A stretch of 64,000 nucleotides of DNA. Source: an uncultured Pelagibacteraceae bacterium. GTDB taxonomy: Bacteria > Pseudomonadota > Alphaproteobacteria > Pelagibacterales > Pelagibacteraceae. The notes below the pieces were generated by a model that saw only the letters and a program-made list of their open reading frames with translations, was not told the origin of the DNA and ran no database searches. The translations under genes and the position numbers were made by a program. This document shows positions 17,618 through 27,335 of the stretch, one piece after another; the first letter of the stretch is position 1, and each line of letters begins with the position of its first letter. The stretch lies in assembly GCA_902561585.1 (NCBI GenBank), contig CACEQK010000003.1, positions 1,645-65,644 on the forward strand. The letters run 5' to 3'.

Positions 17618-18840
17618 TGAAAAATTTTTTTCCGAATAAAACTGCATTCTATGCTTTAATAGCTGGATGTTTCGTTGTCTGTGCAACTATGGGAGTAAGA
17701 CAAACATTTGGACTTTACTCAAGTGAATTTGAGACAACTGGAGGAACTTCAAACACAGAATTTGGATTAGCGATTGCAGTTCACGCAATCTTTTGGGGAA
17801 TTTTTACTCCAATTTTTGGAAGAATTTCTGACAGACTAGGCGGTTATATTGTAATAGTTCCCGCTTTAATTTTCTACTCGATATCAATGCTGTTAATGGG
17901 AAATAACTTAATTTCAGGTATATGGTTACAGATTAATTTAGGATTACTTGTGGGTTTAGGTTTAGCTGGTGCCGCTGGAACTATTCTTACCCCAATGATT
18001 TCAAAACATTTTCCGAATGAAAATAGAAGTAAAGCAGCAGGTATTGTTACAGCTTGCGGAGGTTTAGGAATGTTTATTTTTCCTATTATGGCAAATATTT
18101 TTAAAAATATCTCTACTTGGCAAATGTCTTTTATAATCTTTTCGATTATTTTATTTTTTATGTGTATACCCGGGTTTTTTGTTAAACTTCCTAAAAATCA
18201 AGTGTCAAATCTAAACACTAATATTGACAATCGAAGCTTAAAAGAAGTTTTAAAAGAGTCTTTTGCGCATAAAGGATTTAGATTATTAGTTTTAGGTTTT
18301 TTTGTTTGTGGTTTTCAAATTACTTTAATAGCTACTCATGTCCCAAGATATGTTCAAGATAAAGGGCTAGCAGATTGGACTGGGATGGCTATCTTAGCAT
18401 TAATTGGTTTTTTTAATATTATTGGAACTTTAGTGATGGGTTATTTAGGAGATAAATATAGTAAAAAAATACTTTTAAGTGGTCTTTATTTTTTAAGAGG
18501 AATAACATTAATTCTATTTATTTTTTTACCAGCATCAAATCTGTCTGCTGTGTTGTTCGGCACATCTTTTGGATTATTATGGCTTGCTACTGTGCCAGCT
18601 ACTAACGGTATCGTTGCTCAAATTTTTGGAACAAAAAATTTAAGTCTTCTCTTTGGTATTGTATTCCTAAATCACCAATTCGGATCATTTCTGGGGGCTT
18701 ACTTAGGAGGTTATTTTTACGATCAATTTGGAAGTTTCGATTATGCTTGGTATCTAGCTATAATCTTATCATTTATTGCTACAGCTCTTCACCTTCCAAT
18801 AGACGAAAAGCCTCTAGCAACTGTGGATAAAACTATCTAA
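17617..18840 (+). CDS. MFS transporter
   Basis: 12-TM pattern, GRISDRLG and GYLGDKYS loops, GFFVCGF, HQFGSFLG. Confidence 0.88.
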   Translation: MKNFFPNKTAFYALIAGCFVVCATMGVRQTFGLYSSEFETTGGTSNTEFGLAIAVHAIFWGIFTPIFGRISDRLGGYIVIVPALIFYSISMLLMGNNLISGIWLQINLGLLVGLGLAGAAGTILTPMISKHFPNENRSKAAGIVTACGGLGMFIFPIMANIFKNISTWQMSFIIFSIILFFMCIPGFFVKLPKNQVSNLNTNIDNRSLKEVLKESFAHKGFRLLVLGFFVCGFQITLIATHVPRYVQDKGLADWTGMAILALIGFFNIIGTLVMGYLGDKYSKKILLSGLYFLRGITLILFIFLPASNLSAVLFGTSFGLLWLATVPATNGIVAQIFGTKNLSLLFGIVFLNHQFGSFLGAYLGGYFYDQFGSFDYAWYLAIILSFIATALHLPIDEKPLATVDKTI

Positions 18841-18922
18841 GGTTGTAAATTGAGTCCCTAAGTGAATCAAAAGTGAATCAAAACGTGAACATTTTTTATT
18901 TACAACTCAAAATTGTGGATAA
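18822..18922. promoter_or_regulatory. Regulatory cluster: two perfect DnaA boxes, three GANTC sites and an 11-bp direct repeat
   Basis: TGTGGATAA at 18822 and 18914; GAGTC at 18852; GAATC at 18864 and 18875; GTGAATCAAAA twice; GTTGTAAAT/ATTTACAAC inverted pair. Confidence 0.55.
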
Positions 18923-18979
18923 TTTTTTTATTTAATCATTTAAATTTTTTTTATAGGCTTAAGATAACAAAGGAGAAAT

Positions 18980-19648
18980 ATGTTTTCATCAGTTCTAGGA
19001 GAAAAGTTAGACAAATACCACTTACTCAAACATCCGTTTTATCAAATTTACTGGAATGAGGGTAAATTGAATAGAGAAATTATTAAAGATTATGCTGAAC
19101 AATATTATCAGCACGTTAAAGCGTTTCCAAGATACATAAGTGCAACTCACTCTATTTGTGAAGACATAGAGAAAAGAAGAATTCTTCTAGAAAATTTACA
19201 AGATGAGGAAAACAAAGATGGTGATCACCCTAAACTTTGGAAAAATTTTGCAAAAGCTTTAGGAGCTGATGACAAAAAAATAGAAAACGCAACACTTGAT
19301 TGGTTTACAAAGGATATGATTGATAATTTTTTCGTTCAAGCGAGAAAATCTTACGCTGAAGGTTTAGCGTCATTATATACTTATGAAAGACAAATTCCTG
19401 AAATAGCGGAGACTAAAATTCAAGGTTTAAAAAAATTTTACGGAGTAAATTCAAAAGAGGGACTAGAATTTTTTGAAGCTCATAAATCTGCTGACGTTAT
19501 ACATAGAGCAGAATGTGAAAAACTTTTAGACGGACTTTCTGAAGAGGAACAAAAGAAGGCTGAAAACGCTTCATTGTTAACTGCTAGATATCTATGGAAT
19601 TTCTTAAGCGGAATGGTTTCTAAGCACAAACTTCAGCAAGCAGCATAG
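18980..19648 (+). CDS. CADD-family (PqqC/TenA-like) dimetal oxidase, putative pABA synthase
   Basis: HPFY..W..G.L, YAEQYY.HV.AFPRYIS, ENL.DEE...H..LW, YERQIP, ETKI.GL, FF..H..AD..H. Confidence 0.85.
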   Translation: MFSSVLGEKLDKYHLLKHPFYQIYWNEGKLNREIIKDYAEQYYQHVKAFPRYISATHSICEDIEKRRILLENLQDEENKDGDHPKLWKNFAKALGADDKKIENATLDWFTKDMIDNFFVQARKSYAEGLASLYTYERQIPEIAETKIQGLKKFYGVNSKEGLEFFEAHKSADVIHRAECEKLLDGLSEEEQKKAENASLLTARYLWNFLSGMVSKHKLQQAA

Positions 19649-19702
19649 TTAACAAAGTCAAGATTGACAATTTAGTTCAAGAGGAATACCTATGAACTAT
19701 AA

Positions 19703-20794
19703 ATGGAAATATATCTTCCTATAGTTCAAGTTAACATAGATATAATCACAATTTTATTTATTAGTTTCGCAGTCGGAGTTCTTTCAGGTTTATTTGGTGT
19801 TGGTGGAGGCTTTCTCATGACACCATTCTTAATATTTTTGGGTATTCCACCTGTATACGCTGTACCAAATGAAATTAACAATATACTAGCTACATCAGTA
19901 TCTGGATCATTAACTCATTGGTTTAAAAACACATTAGATTACAAAATGGGAATGATGATTATTGTTGGTGGTATAATTGGCACTATCTTAGGTATTACCG
20001 CTTTCACTTTTTTTAAGGAAACTGGAAAATTAAGTTTGATAATATCTTTGTCATACATGTACTTATTAGCAATAATTGGTACTTTGATGCTTATACAAGG
20101 CGCTAGTGAGATCGATAGAGCGAGAAAAAAAATTATACTAAAACAAAAACTTCATACTCATTACTGGATACATGGCCTGCCTTTAAAATTGAGATTTCAT
20201 AAATCAAGACTTTATGAAAGTATTTTTACCCCAATTATATTGGGTATAATTACTGGTTTTGTGGCTGCATTAATCGGTGTCGGAGGTGCTTTTTTGATGG
20301 TACCAGCTATGATTTATTTAATTGGAATGCCGATAAAATTAATTCCAGGTACTTCATTATTTGTTACAGTATTTATAAGTGCGGTAGTAACAGTTCTTCA
20401 TGCGTTTACATACGGGTCAATAGATTTAATTTTAGTAACTATTTTAATATTTGGATCAATTGTAGGGGTTCAAGTTGGGCAAAAAGTAGGACAGTATTTA
20501 GATAGTTCACACCTAAAAACTTTATTTGCAATGCTTCTTTGTTGTGTTGCTATAGCAATTGCTTACGATACATTCTTTTTTGAAGGTGAAAGAAATATCG
20601 AAAATGCAGATATTGTTAACATAGGAAACTTGAATTTCTTCTCAAAATTTATAATTAATTTAGCAGCTAACAGTCCGCTACTATATGGTTCATTAGCTAT
20701 TATCTTAGCCATATCATTGGGTGTGATTGGCGCAACTCTAAGACAATTATTGAGTTTGTACAAAAACAAGATTTTAATTAAAAGAACTAAATAA
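19703..20794 (+). CDS. TauE/SafE (TSUP) family permease
   Basis: SGLFGVGGGFLMTP and GVGGAFLMVP repeats. Confidence 0.85.
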   Translation: MEIYLPIVQVNIDIITILFISFAVGVLSGLFGVGGGFLMTPFLIFLGIPPVYAVPNEINNILATSVSGSLTHWFKNTLDYKMGMMIIVGGIIGTILGITAFTFFKETGKLSLIISLSYMYLLAIIGTLMLIQGASEIDRARKKIILKQKLHTHYWIHGLPLKLRFHKSRLYESIFTPIILGIITGFVAALIGVGGAFLMVPAMIYLIGMPIKLIPGTSLFVTVFISAVVTVLHAFTYGSIDLILVTILIFGSIVGVQVGQKVGQYLDSSHLKTLFAMLLCCVAIAIAYDTFFFEGERNIENADIVNIGNLNFFSKFIINLAANSPLLYGSLAIILAISLGVIGATLRQLLSLYKNKILIKRTK

Positions 20795-21542
20795 GAGATT
20801 TTAAAAGCCCAAAAATTGATATTACAATCAAAAAATACAAAACGTATTTTTTGTAGTTTTCTTTTGAGCTACCTCTAAAAAACTTTGTGCCTAATAATAC
20901 TCCTATTGGAACCAAGAAAATTAGTGGTAGCGTTCTAAACAAGAAAGATATTTCCAGTATACCATTAAGGTATGTTAAAATTAATGCATATGAGTCGGTG
21001 AAAAAAAATAAGGCAGCAATAGAAGCTCTTATTACAGCAGGCTCTACAGCTATTATTAAAAAATACAGAGCTATAGGTAAACCTGCTAAAGTACCAAATC
21101 CATTCGCTGCACCAGCAATAGTTCCTACAAAAAATTTTGATAAGTTATGATTTAAACTTTTATTTTTGTATCCTTTAAGCAACAATATAGCAAATGTCAT
21201 AACCGTTATAGATATTATTAAATGCATTATTTTTGGCTCTAAAATTGAAAGTAATTTAACTCCAGCGGGAGTTCCTATAGCTACTCCGAAAAGTAAATAT
21301 AGAACAAACTTCCAATTAATTTTATTCCATATGCTTGGTATCATAAAAAAACTGGCTATGACTTCCAATAGCAAAATAATCGGAACAATTTCTACTGGAG
21401 GAAGTATAAAAGATAATAACGAAACGCTAGATGCAGAAAATCCAAACCCACTAAAACCCCGGACAAATGAAGCTAGAAGTATTACGGCACAAAAAAATAT
21501 AAAATTTCCAAGTGTTAAATTTATAGTTTGTAAAAATTCCAT
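20787..21542 (-). CDS. TauE/SafE (TSUP) family permease
   Basis: ASFVRGFSGFG and G.ANG.GTLAGLP repeats. Confidence 0.8.
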   Translation of the reverse strand: MEFLQTINLTLGNFIFFCAVILLASFVRGFSGFGFSASSVSLLSFILPPVEIVPIILLLEVIASFFMIPSIWNKINWKFVLYLLFGVAIGTPAGVKLLSILEPKIMHLIISITVMTFAILLLKGYKNKSLNHNLSKFFVGTIAGAANGFGTLAGLPIALYFLIIAVEPAVIRASIAALFFFTDSYALILTYLNGILEISFLFRTLPLIFLVPIGVLLGTKFFRGSSKENYKKYVLYFLIVISIFGLLKSLI

Positions 21543-21624
21543 AAATAATGATATTCTGAATATACCTTACATAAAACTAATTAAAGCTATATAAAGGTTT
21601 AAGTTATTTGGTATATTAGAAATT

Positions 21625-22005
21625 ATGCACAACAAATCATCAAATAGAAGTTTTGGAATTCTTTTTTTTATCGTTTTTTTAATAATAGGACTATGGCCGT
21701 TATTAAATGAAAATCAAATACGGATTTGGTCAATTTCAGCAGGAATTATTTTTTTAGTTCTTGGCTTGTTAAATTCAAATCTTCTTTCACCATTAAACAA
21801 ACTTTGGGTAAAATTTGGAGAAATTCTGGGATTAATTATAGCTCCAATAATTATGTTTTTTGTATATTTTATTTTTCTAACTCCTGTTAGTTTAATAGTT
21901 AGAATATTTGGTAAAGATTTATTAGATATAAAGTTTAATAAAAAATTAGAAACTTATTGGATAAATAGGAAAAAAAATTTAGGTTCTATGAAAAAGCAAT
22001 TTTAA
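21625..22005 (+). CDS. SxtJ-family membrane protein
   Basis: SNRSFG..F...PLNKLW.KFG..LG.II.PII...TP....R..GKD.L...YWI.R...MKKQF. Confidence 0.8.
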   Translation: MHNKSSNRSFGILFFIVFLIIGLWPLLNENQIRIWSISAGIIFLVLGLLNSNLLSPLNKLWVKFGEILGLIIAPIIMFFVYFIFLTPVSLIVRIFGKDLLDIKFNKKLETYWINRKKNLGSMKKQF

Positions 22006-22158
22006 ATGATTGAATTTTTAAAAGAGTTTTGGGAATTTTTGATGATCAGAAAAAAATATTGGTTGTTGCCAATTATAATTGTTTTAGCACTATTCGGGGT
22101 TCTAATAGTTTTGAGCCAAGGCTCTGCTGTAGCTCCATTTATTTATACTATTTTCTAG
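22006..22158 (+). CDS. SxtK/DUF5989-family small membrane protein (50 aa), not in the ORF track
   Basis: MIEFLKEFWEFLMIRKKYWLLPIIIVLALFGVLIVLSQGSAVAPFIYTIF*. Confidence 0.85.
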   Translation: MIEFLKEFWEFLMIRKKYWLLPIIIVLALFGVLIVLSQGSAVAPFIYTIF

Positions 22159-23993
22159 TGACTTCAATTCTTGGAATATCAGCTTTTTATCATGATAGTG
22201 CAGCTGCATTAATTAAAGATGGTAAAATAGTAGCAGCAGCACAAGAAGAAAGATTTTCAAGAAAAAAACATGACCCTGGATATCCTTTCAATTCAATAAA
22301 GTATGTGCTCAAAGAATCTAATTTAAAATTAAATGATATTGATCATATTGTTTTTTTTGAAAAACCATTTTTGAAATTTGAAAGATTGCTAGAAACCTAT
22401 ATGGCTTTTGCCCCAAAAGGTTTTAAATCATTCAGTCTGTCAATGCCGATATGGTTAAGAGAAAAACTTTTTCAAAAAAAATTTCTTTTTGATAAACTTA
22501 AACAACATGATGAGAATTTTAGTGATATAAACAGGATAAAATTTTCTGAACATCATTATAGTCACGCTGCAAGCGCTTTTTTCCCCTCACCTTTTGAAGA
22601 AGCTATAATTTTGACTTTAGATGGAGTGGGCGAATGGGCTACGACCACAGTCGCAATCGGTAATAAAAATAAACTTGAGATTATAAAAGAAATACACTTT
22701 CCACATTCATTAGGATTATTATATTCAGCTTTTACCTATTATACAGGTTTCAAGGTAAATAGTGGAGAGTATAAACTAATGGGACTCGCTCCTTACGGCA
22801 AGCCTATTTTTAAAGATATTATACTAAAAAAACTTTTAGATATAAAAGAAGATGGTTCTTTCAAACTTAATATGAAATATTTTAATTATGCTACAGGACT
22901 AACTATGACTAACAATAAATTTTCTAAACTTTTTGGTCATCCTGTTAGAAATGCTAAAAAAGATTTGCTGACACAATTTCACATGGATGTAGCTGCCTCT
23001 ATACAATCTGTTACAGAGGAAATAGTATTAAGTATAACAAAAAATATTAAATCTAAATACAAAATAAAAAACCTTTGTTTAGCAGGAGGGGTGGCTCTTA
23101 ATTGTGTTGCAAATGGAAAAATTTTAAAAGAAAAAGTTTTTGAAAATATTTGGATACAACCAGCCGCTGGAGATGCAGGCGGGTCATTAGGAGCTGCACT
23201 AGCTTATTGGTACCATGAATTAAAAAAGCCTAGAGAAGAGTTAAGAGATCAAATGAAAGGATCCTATCTTGGACCTAAATTTGAAAATAATTCTATAGAA
23301 ACAGAACTAAAATCATTAAATGCAAAATATAATAAATATAGTAGAGATGAAATAATATCTTTGACGGCAAAAGAATTAACTAAAGAAAAAACAGTAGGTT
23401 GGTTTCAAGGAAGGATGGAGTTTGGTCCTAGAGCCCTTGGAGGGAGGTCCATATTAGCTGATCCAAGATCAGAAAAAATGCAAAAAGAACTCAATCTTAA
23501 AATTAAGTTTAGGGAGAGTTTTAGGCCTTTTGCTCCATCAGTTTTAAGGGAGGATGTTTATGAATGGTTTGAATTAGATAATGATAGTCCTTATATGCTT
23601 TTAGTTTCAGAGGTTAAAAAAAGTAAACAAATAAAAATGAAATTAGAGGATGAAAAGTTATTTGGTATAGAAAAATTAAATGTAAAAAGATCGAGCATAC
23701 CTGCAATAACTCATGTAGATTATTCTGCTAGAGTTCAAACAGTACATAAAGAGACTAATCCCAGGTATTATGATTTAATTAAAGAGTTCAAGAAAAATAC
23801 AAATTGTCCAGTTTTAGTGAATACTTCTTTTAACGTGCGTGGAGAACCTATTGTTTGTTCAGTCAAAGATGCTTTTAATTGTTTTATGGGAACTAACCTA
23901 GATATTTTAGTAATTGAAGATTTTATATTATACAAAGAAGAACAAGACAAATCCTTAATAAAAGATTATAAAAATAAATTTGAACTAGATTAA
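22158..23993 (+). CDS. O-carbamoyltransferase (NodU/CmcH/SxtI family)
   Basis: ILGISAFYHDSAA, EERFSRKKH, HHYSHAASAF, GEYKLMGLAPYG, EFGPRALGGRS, NTSFN; true start is GTG at 22158 (TAGTG overlap). Confidence 0.93.
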   Translation: MTSILGISAFYHDSAAALIKDGKIVAAAQEERFSRKKHDPGYPFNSIKYVLKESNLKLNDIDHIVFFEKPFLKFERLLETYMAFAPKGFKSFSLSMPIWLREKLFQKKFLFDKLKQHDENFSDINRIKFSEHHYSHAASAFFPSPFEEAIILTLDGVGEWATTTVAIGNKNKLEIIKEIHFPHSLGLLYSAFTYYTGFKVNSGEYKLMGLAPYGKPIFKDIILKKLLDIKEDGSFKLNMKYFNYATGLTMTNNKFSKLFGHPVRNAKKDLLTQFHMDVAASIQSVTEEIVLSITKNIKSKYKIKNLCLAGGVALNCVANGKILKEKVFENIWIQPAAGDAGGSLGAALAYWYHELKKPREELRDQMKGSYLGPKFENNSIETELKSLNAKYNKYSRDEIISLTAKELTKEKTVGWFQGRMEFGPRALGGRSILADPRSEKMQKELNLKIKFRESFRPFAPSVLREDVYEWFELDNDSPYMLLVSEVKKSKQIKMKLEDEKLFGIEKLNVKRSSIPAITHVDYSARVQTVHKETNPRYYDLIKEFKKNTNCPVLVNTSFNVRGEPIVCSVKDAFNCFMGTNLDILVIEDFILYKEEQDKSLIKDYKNKFELD

Positions 23994-24010
23994 TAATTAA
24001 AAATTAATTT

Positions 24011-25111
24011 ATGAAAGTTTATTTTAAAAAAATTTTTATAATTTTTTTGCTATCATTTATTTTTTTCCTTGCACTTGATGCTATATTTGGAAAATACGTT
24101 TATAAAAAATTTATTAAAGAGGATTTAGTTGATGTAGATGTAATTAAACTATCTGCTAAAGATGAAGTTTACGATCACACTTTTTCAAAAAATTTTAAAG
24201 GCATTGTTGGTTGGGGAAATAAAAGATACGAATTTTGTTCAGATAATAATGGTTTTAGAATAAGTTGTTCAAAAAAAAATAAGAATCAAAAAAAGTATGA
24301 CATTGGTTTTCTAGGGGACTCTTTTACTGAAGGTACTGGATTAGTTTATGAGGACACCTTTGTAGGTATTATTGAAAAGAAATTACCTAATAAAAAAATT
24401 GCTAATTTAGCTGTTAGTTCATACAGCCCAGCAATTTATTATACTAAAATTAAAAAACTTTTAGAAACTGGATATCAATTTAATGAGATAATTGTTTTTT
24501 TAGATATTTCAGATTTAGTTGATGATTCTTTATGCTATCAGGTTAGTAATAATAAAATAATCAGAAAAAAAACTTATGATTCTTGTTTTAATAATTTAAA
24601 CTCTCAACATAATAAACTTTTCGATTTTTTTGAAAAGAATTTTAAACTCTCAAAAATTTTTATAGATTTTATTTTAATAAATGATCCTATTGATAAAAAA
24701 ATTATACAAGATCAATTAAATCATTCTAGATCAGAATGGACATATAATTATAAAAAGATAAATTTTCAAAATCTTGATTATAATAAAACTTCTTCAATTT
24801 CTTTAAAACACATGCAAGATTTGTATTTGTTGCTTGATAATCGCTCAATTAAATTGAGTGTTGCGGTCTATCCTTGGCCAGGAACTTTAAGATTTGATAA
24901 TCCAGAAAATACCCAAGTTAAATTATGGAGAGATTTTTGCAAAAATAATTGTTCAAATTTTTATAATTTTATGCCCAAATTTTTTTCTGAAATAGAGAAA
25001 AAAGATTTTTATCATTCATACAAGAAGTTTTATATTGAAGGAGATATTCATTTTAATAGATATGGAAATGAAATTATAGCCAATGAATTTATCTTGAAAT
25101 ATAAAAATTAA
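24011..25111 (+). CDS. Membrane-anchored SGNH/GDSL-like hydrolase or acyltransferase
   Basis: N-terminal TM, GFLGDSFTEG (block I), NLAVSSYS, GDIHFN (block V). Confidence 0.75.
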   Translation: MKVYFKKIFIIFLLSFIFFLALDAIFGKYVYKKFIKEDLVDVDVIKLSAKDEVYDHTFSKNFKGIVGWGNKRYEFCSDNNGFRISCSKKNKNQKKYDIGFLGDSFTEGTGLVYEDTFVGIIEKKLPNKKIANLAVSSYSPAIYYTKIKKLLETGYQFNEIIVFLDISDLVDDSLCYQVSNNKIIRKKTYDSCFNNLNSQHNKLFDFFEKNFKLSKIFIDFILINDPIDKKIIQDQLNHSRSEWTYNYKKINFQNLDYNKTSSISLKHMQDLYLLLDNRSIKLSVAVYPWPGTLRFDNPENTQVKLWRDFCKNNCSNFYNFMPKFFSEIEKKDFYHSYKKFYIEGDIHFNRYGNEIIANEFILKYKN

Positions 25112-25896
25112 TTTAAAATTGAAGAAGGGTCTAACTTAATATCAAACCAATTTAATCTTATATCTAAATGAGGTCCTGTTGCTCTTCCACTTTGACCAAG
25201 TGTGCCTACTATCTGTCCTTGTTTAATTTTTTGACCAACTTTAACATTTATATCTTTCATATGCATATATAAGGTACTTATTCCATGACCATGATCAAAA
25301 ATAATTGTACCACCAGTAAAGTACATATCATCTTCAGCTAAAGTAACCTCACCATCCATCATAGCTTTAACTGGAGTTCCTTCTGGGGCATGAAAATCTA
25401 TGCCATAGTGAGGTCTTCTTGGTTTACCGTTTAAAATTCTCTGGCTGCCGTAAACTCCTGTAATAATATATTTATCAATAGGGTAAATAAATTTATCTTT
25501 AAAAAATGCTAATTTACTATCGATAGATCTAGCTTTGCCAATTAAAACATTATCTTTTTTAATTCTCTCATAAACTTCTGGTGGAGGTGTTACCTGTTTT
25601 GGTGGCAGACCATCAATTCTTTGTATTTTATATTTTCTTTTAAAAACCTTTTTTTCAATTAACTTAGTTTCTTTTCCAGTTTTTACTTTAATTAAAACAT
25701 TATTTTTTCTATCTCTATCTAATCCAAAAGCGAAATATCCGTCATTTGAAACTCTTACTTTTCTATCATCAATAAATACTTTTGAATTTGGATCTGTTTT
25801 TCCCAAAATAAAAGAGCCTTGTTTGAAATCACCCAAAAATTCAACTGCGTGAGAAATATTAAATATTAATAAAAAAAATATTATAAATTTAATCAT
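25108..25896 (-). CDS. M23-family metallopeptidase
   Basis: HYGID, STLYMH, TGPHLD. Confidence 0.9.
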   Translation of the reverse strand: MIKFIIFFLLIFNISHAVEFLGDFKQGSFILGKTDPNSKVFIDDRKVRVSNDGYFAFGLDRDRKNNVLIKVKTGKETKLIEKKVFKRKYKIQRIDGLPPKQVTPPPEVYERIKKDNVLIGKARSIDSKLAFFKDKFIYPIDKYIITGVYGSQRILNGKPRRPHYGIDFHAPEGTPVKAMMDGEVTLAEDDMYFTGGTIIFDHGHGISTLYMHMKDINVKVGQKIKQGQIVGTLGQSGRATGPHLDIRLNWFDIKLDPSSILN

Positions 25897-26465
25897 AATA
25901 AAATTTTTAAATCCTCATATATTAATTGGATAGCTACGATTAGTATTGCAAAAAACCCAACCCAACTAATCCAAGAATATTTTTTAATCATTTTAGCAGT
26001 ATAATTAGCTGCAAAAGCCATTAATAGTATTGATAGACCCAAGCCGAAAGCAAGAAGAGTATAATGATCTCCTGCTGCACCAGCTACACCTAAAACGTTG
26101 TCTAAGCTCATTGTTACATCTGCAAGAATTACCGTAAAGATTGCTTTTTTAAGATTTGAGTTATCAACTTCAATATTTTTTTCTTCAATTTTATTTTGAA
26201 TTACATCTCTATAAAGTTTGTAGCAAATATAGAGTAATAAAATTCCACCAATTAATCTTAAACCAGAGATTTGTAATAAATAAGCTGTGATAAAAGTAAA
26301 AAGAATTCTCAAAACAACCGCTCCACCAATGCCCCAGAAAATTATTTTTTTTCTATTTGAGTCATCAAATTTTGAAGCAACCATCCCAATAATAATTGCG
26401 TTATCTCCTGCTAGAACTAAGTCAATAAGGATGATTTCTATCAATATAATTAGTTGCTCTGTCAT
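25893..26465 (-). CDS. TerC/YjbE-family membrane protein
   Basis: IDLVLAGDNA and ADVTMSLDNVLGVAG. Confidence 0.88.
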   Translation of the reverse strand: MTEQLIILIEIILIDLVLAGDNAIIIGMVASKFDDSNRKKIIFWGIGGAVVLRILFTFITAYLLQISGLRLIGGILLLYICYKLYRDVIQNKIEEKNIEVDNSNLKKAIFTVILADVTMSLDNVLGVAGAAGDHYTLLAFGLGLSILLMAFAANYTAKMIKKYSWISWVGFFAILIVAIQLIYEDLKILL

Positions 26466-26487
26466 ACTGAAATTTATATTCTATTAA

Positions 26488-27249
26488 TTGATGAACTATA
26501 AAAATATTAAAGTAGAAAAGCGAGAAAATTACGCAATTATCCAAATTGCTAACAATAAAAATAATAGTTTAGATCAAAAAACCCTTAATGAAATTGGAGA
26601 TGCAACCAAAAATTTGAATAAATTAAAAGAGATTAGATGCATTGGTTTAATTGGAGGTCCAAAGTTTTTTTCGCCTGGAGCCGATATCAAAGAACTTGAA
26701 AAACTTGACTCTAAAAAAGCAAAGAAACAAAAACTTTTTTCTAAAGTTGATGATTTACAAAAAATTGATATTCCAATTATCTCATTCGTCGAGGGCTATG
26801 CATTAGGAGGTGGTTTTGAGCTTGCTCTCTCAAGTGATTTAATCATTGCAAGCCCCGAAGCGAAATTTGGTTTGCCTGAAATTAATTTAGGATTAATTCC
26901 AGGTATTGGTGGTACACAAAAAACAAAAAAATTTACTTCAAATCAAAATGTAAAATATTTAGCAATGTCAGGAGAAATTATTGATGCTGAAACTGCAATG
27001 AAGTATGGTATTGTTTCACAGGTTATTCCTAAGGAAAATTTTAAAGAATTTACTTTAAACTTTTTAAATACAATCGCGTCGAAGCCAAAAAAATCACTTC
27101 AAGTAATTAAAAATTTAGTTAATTCAGAGGATAATTTAAAAAAATCTCTAATAAAAGAGAGACAAGAGTTTTATAAATTACTTGATAGCGAAAATAAAAA
27201 AATTGGAATAAAAAGTTTTCTCAATAAAACAAAGCCTAATTGGAAATAA
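26488..27249 (+). CDS. Enoyl-CoA hydratase/isomerase family
   Basis: FSPGADI, ALGGGFEL and FGLPEINLGLIPG; both catalytic Glu present. Confidence 0.88.
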   Translation: MMNYKNIKVEKRENYAIIQIANNKNNSLDQKTLNEIGDATKNLNKLKEIRCIGLIGGPKFFSPGADIKELEKLDSKKAKKQKLFSKVDDLQKIDIPIISFVEGYALGGGFELALSSDLIIASPEAKFGLPEINLGLIPGIGGTQKTKKFTSNQNVKYLAMSGEIIDAETAMKYGIVSQVIPKENFKEFTLNFLNTIASKPKKSLQVIKNLVNSEDNLKKSLIKERQEFYKLLDSENKKIGIKSFLNKTKPNWK

Positions 27250-27335
27250 ATCATCTTCAAGTTGTAGACAATTTGCATACCTGTAATTAAATTTTAACAT
27301 AGTTAAACTAATATTATTTTAATTAAGATTTAATT

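Noticed and set aside
18862-18890. CRISPR or tandem-repeat array
   Set aside because: Only two 11-bp copies plus a partial third, with no spacers and no cas genes.
18822-18960. Chromosomal origin of replication
   Set aside because: Only two DnaA boxes and none of the usual oriC-flanking genes; kept only as a regulatory candidate.
22029-22157. N-terminal extension of the carbamoyltransferase given in the ORF track
   Set aside because: This stretch is the DUF5989/SxtK-like gene in another frame; the real start is GTG at 22158.
21625-23993. Saxitoxin biosynthesis
   Set aside because: Only sxtI/J/K-like genes are present. There is no sxtA, sxtG or other core gene, and these families are widespread outside toxin producers.
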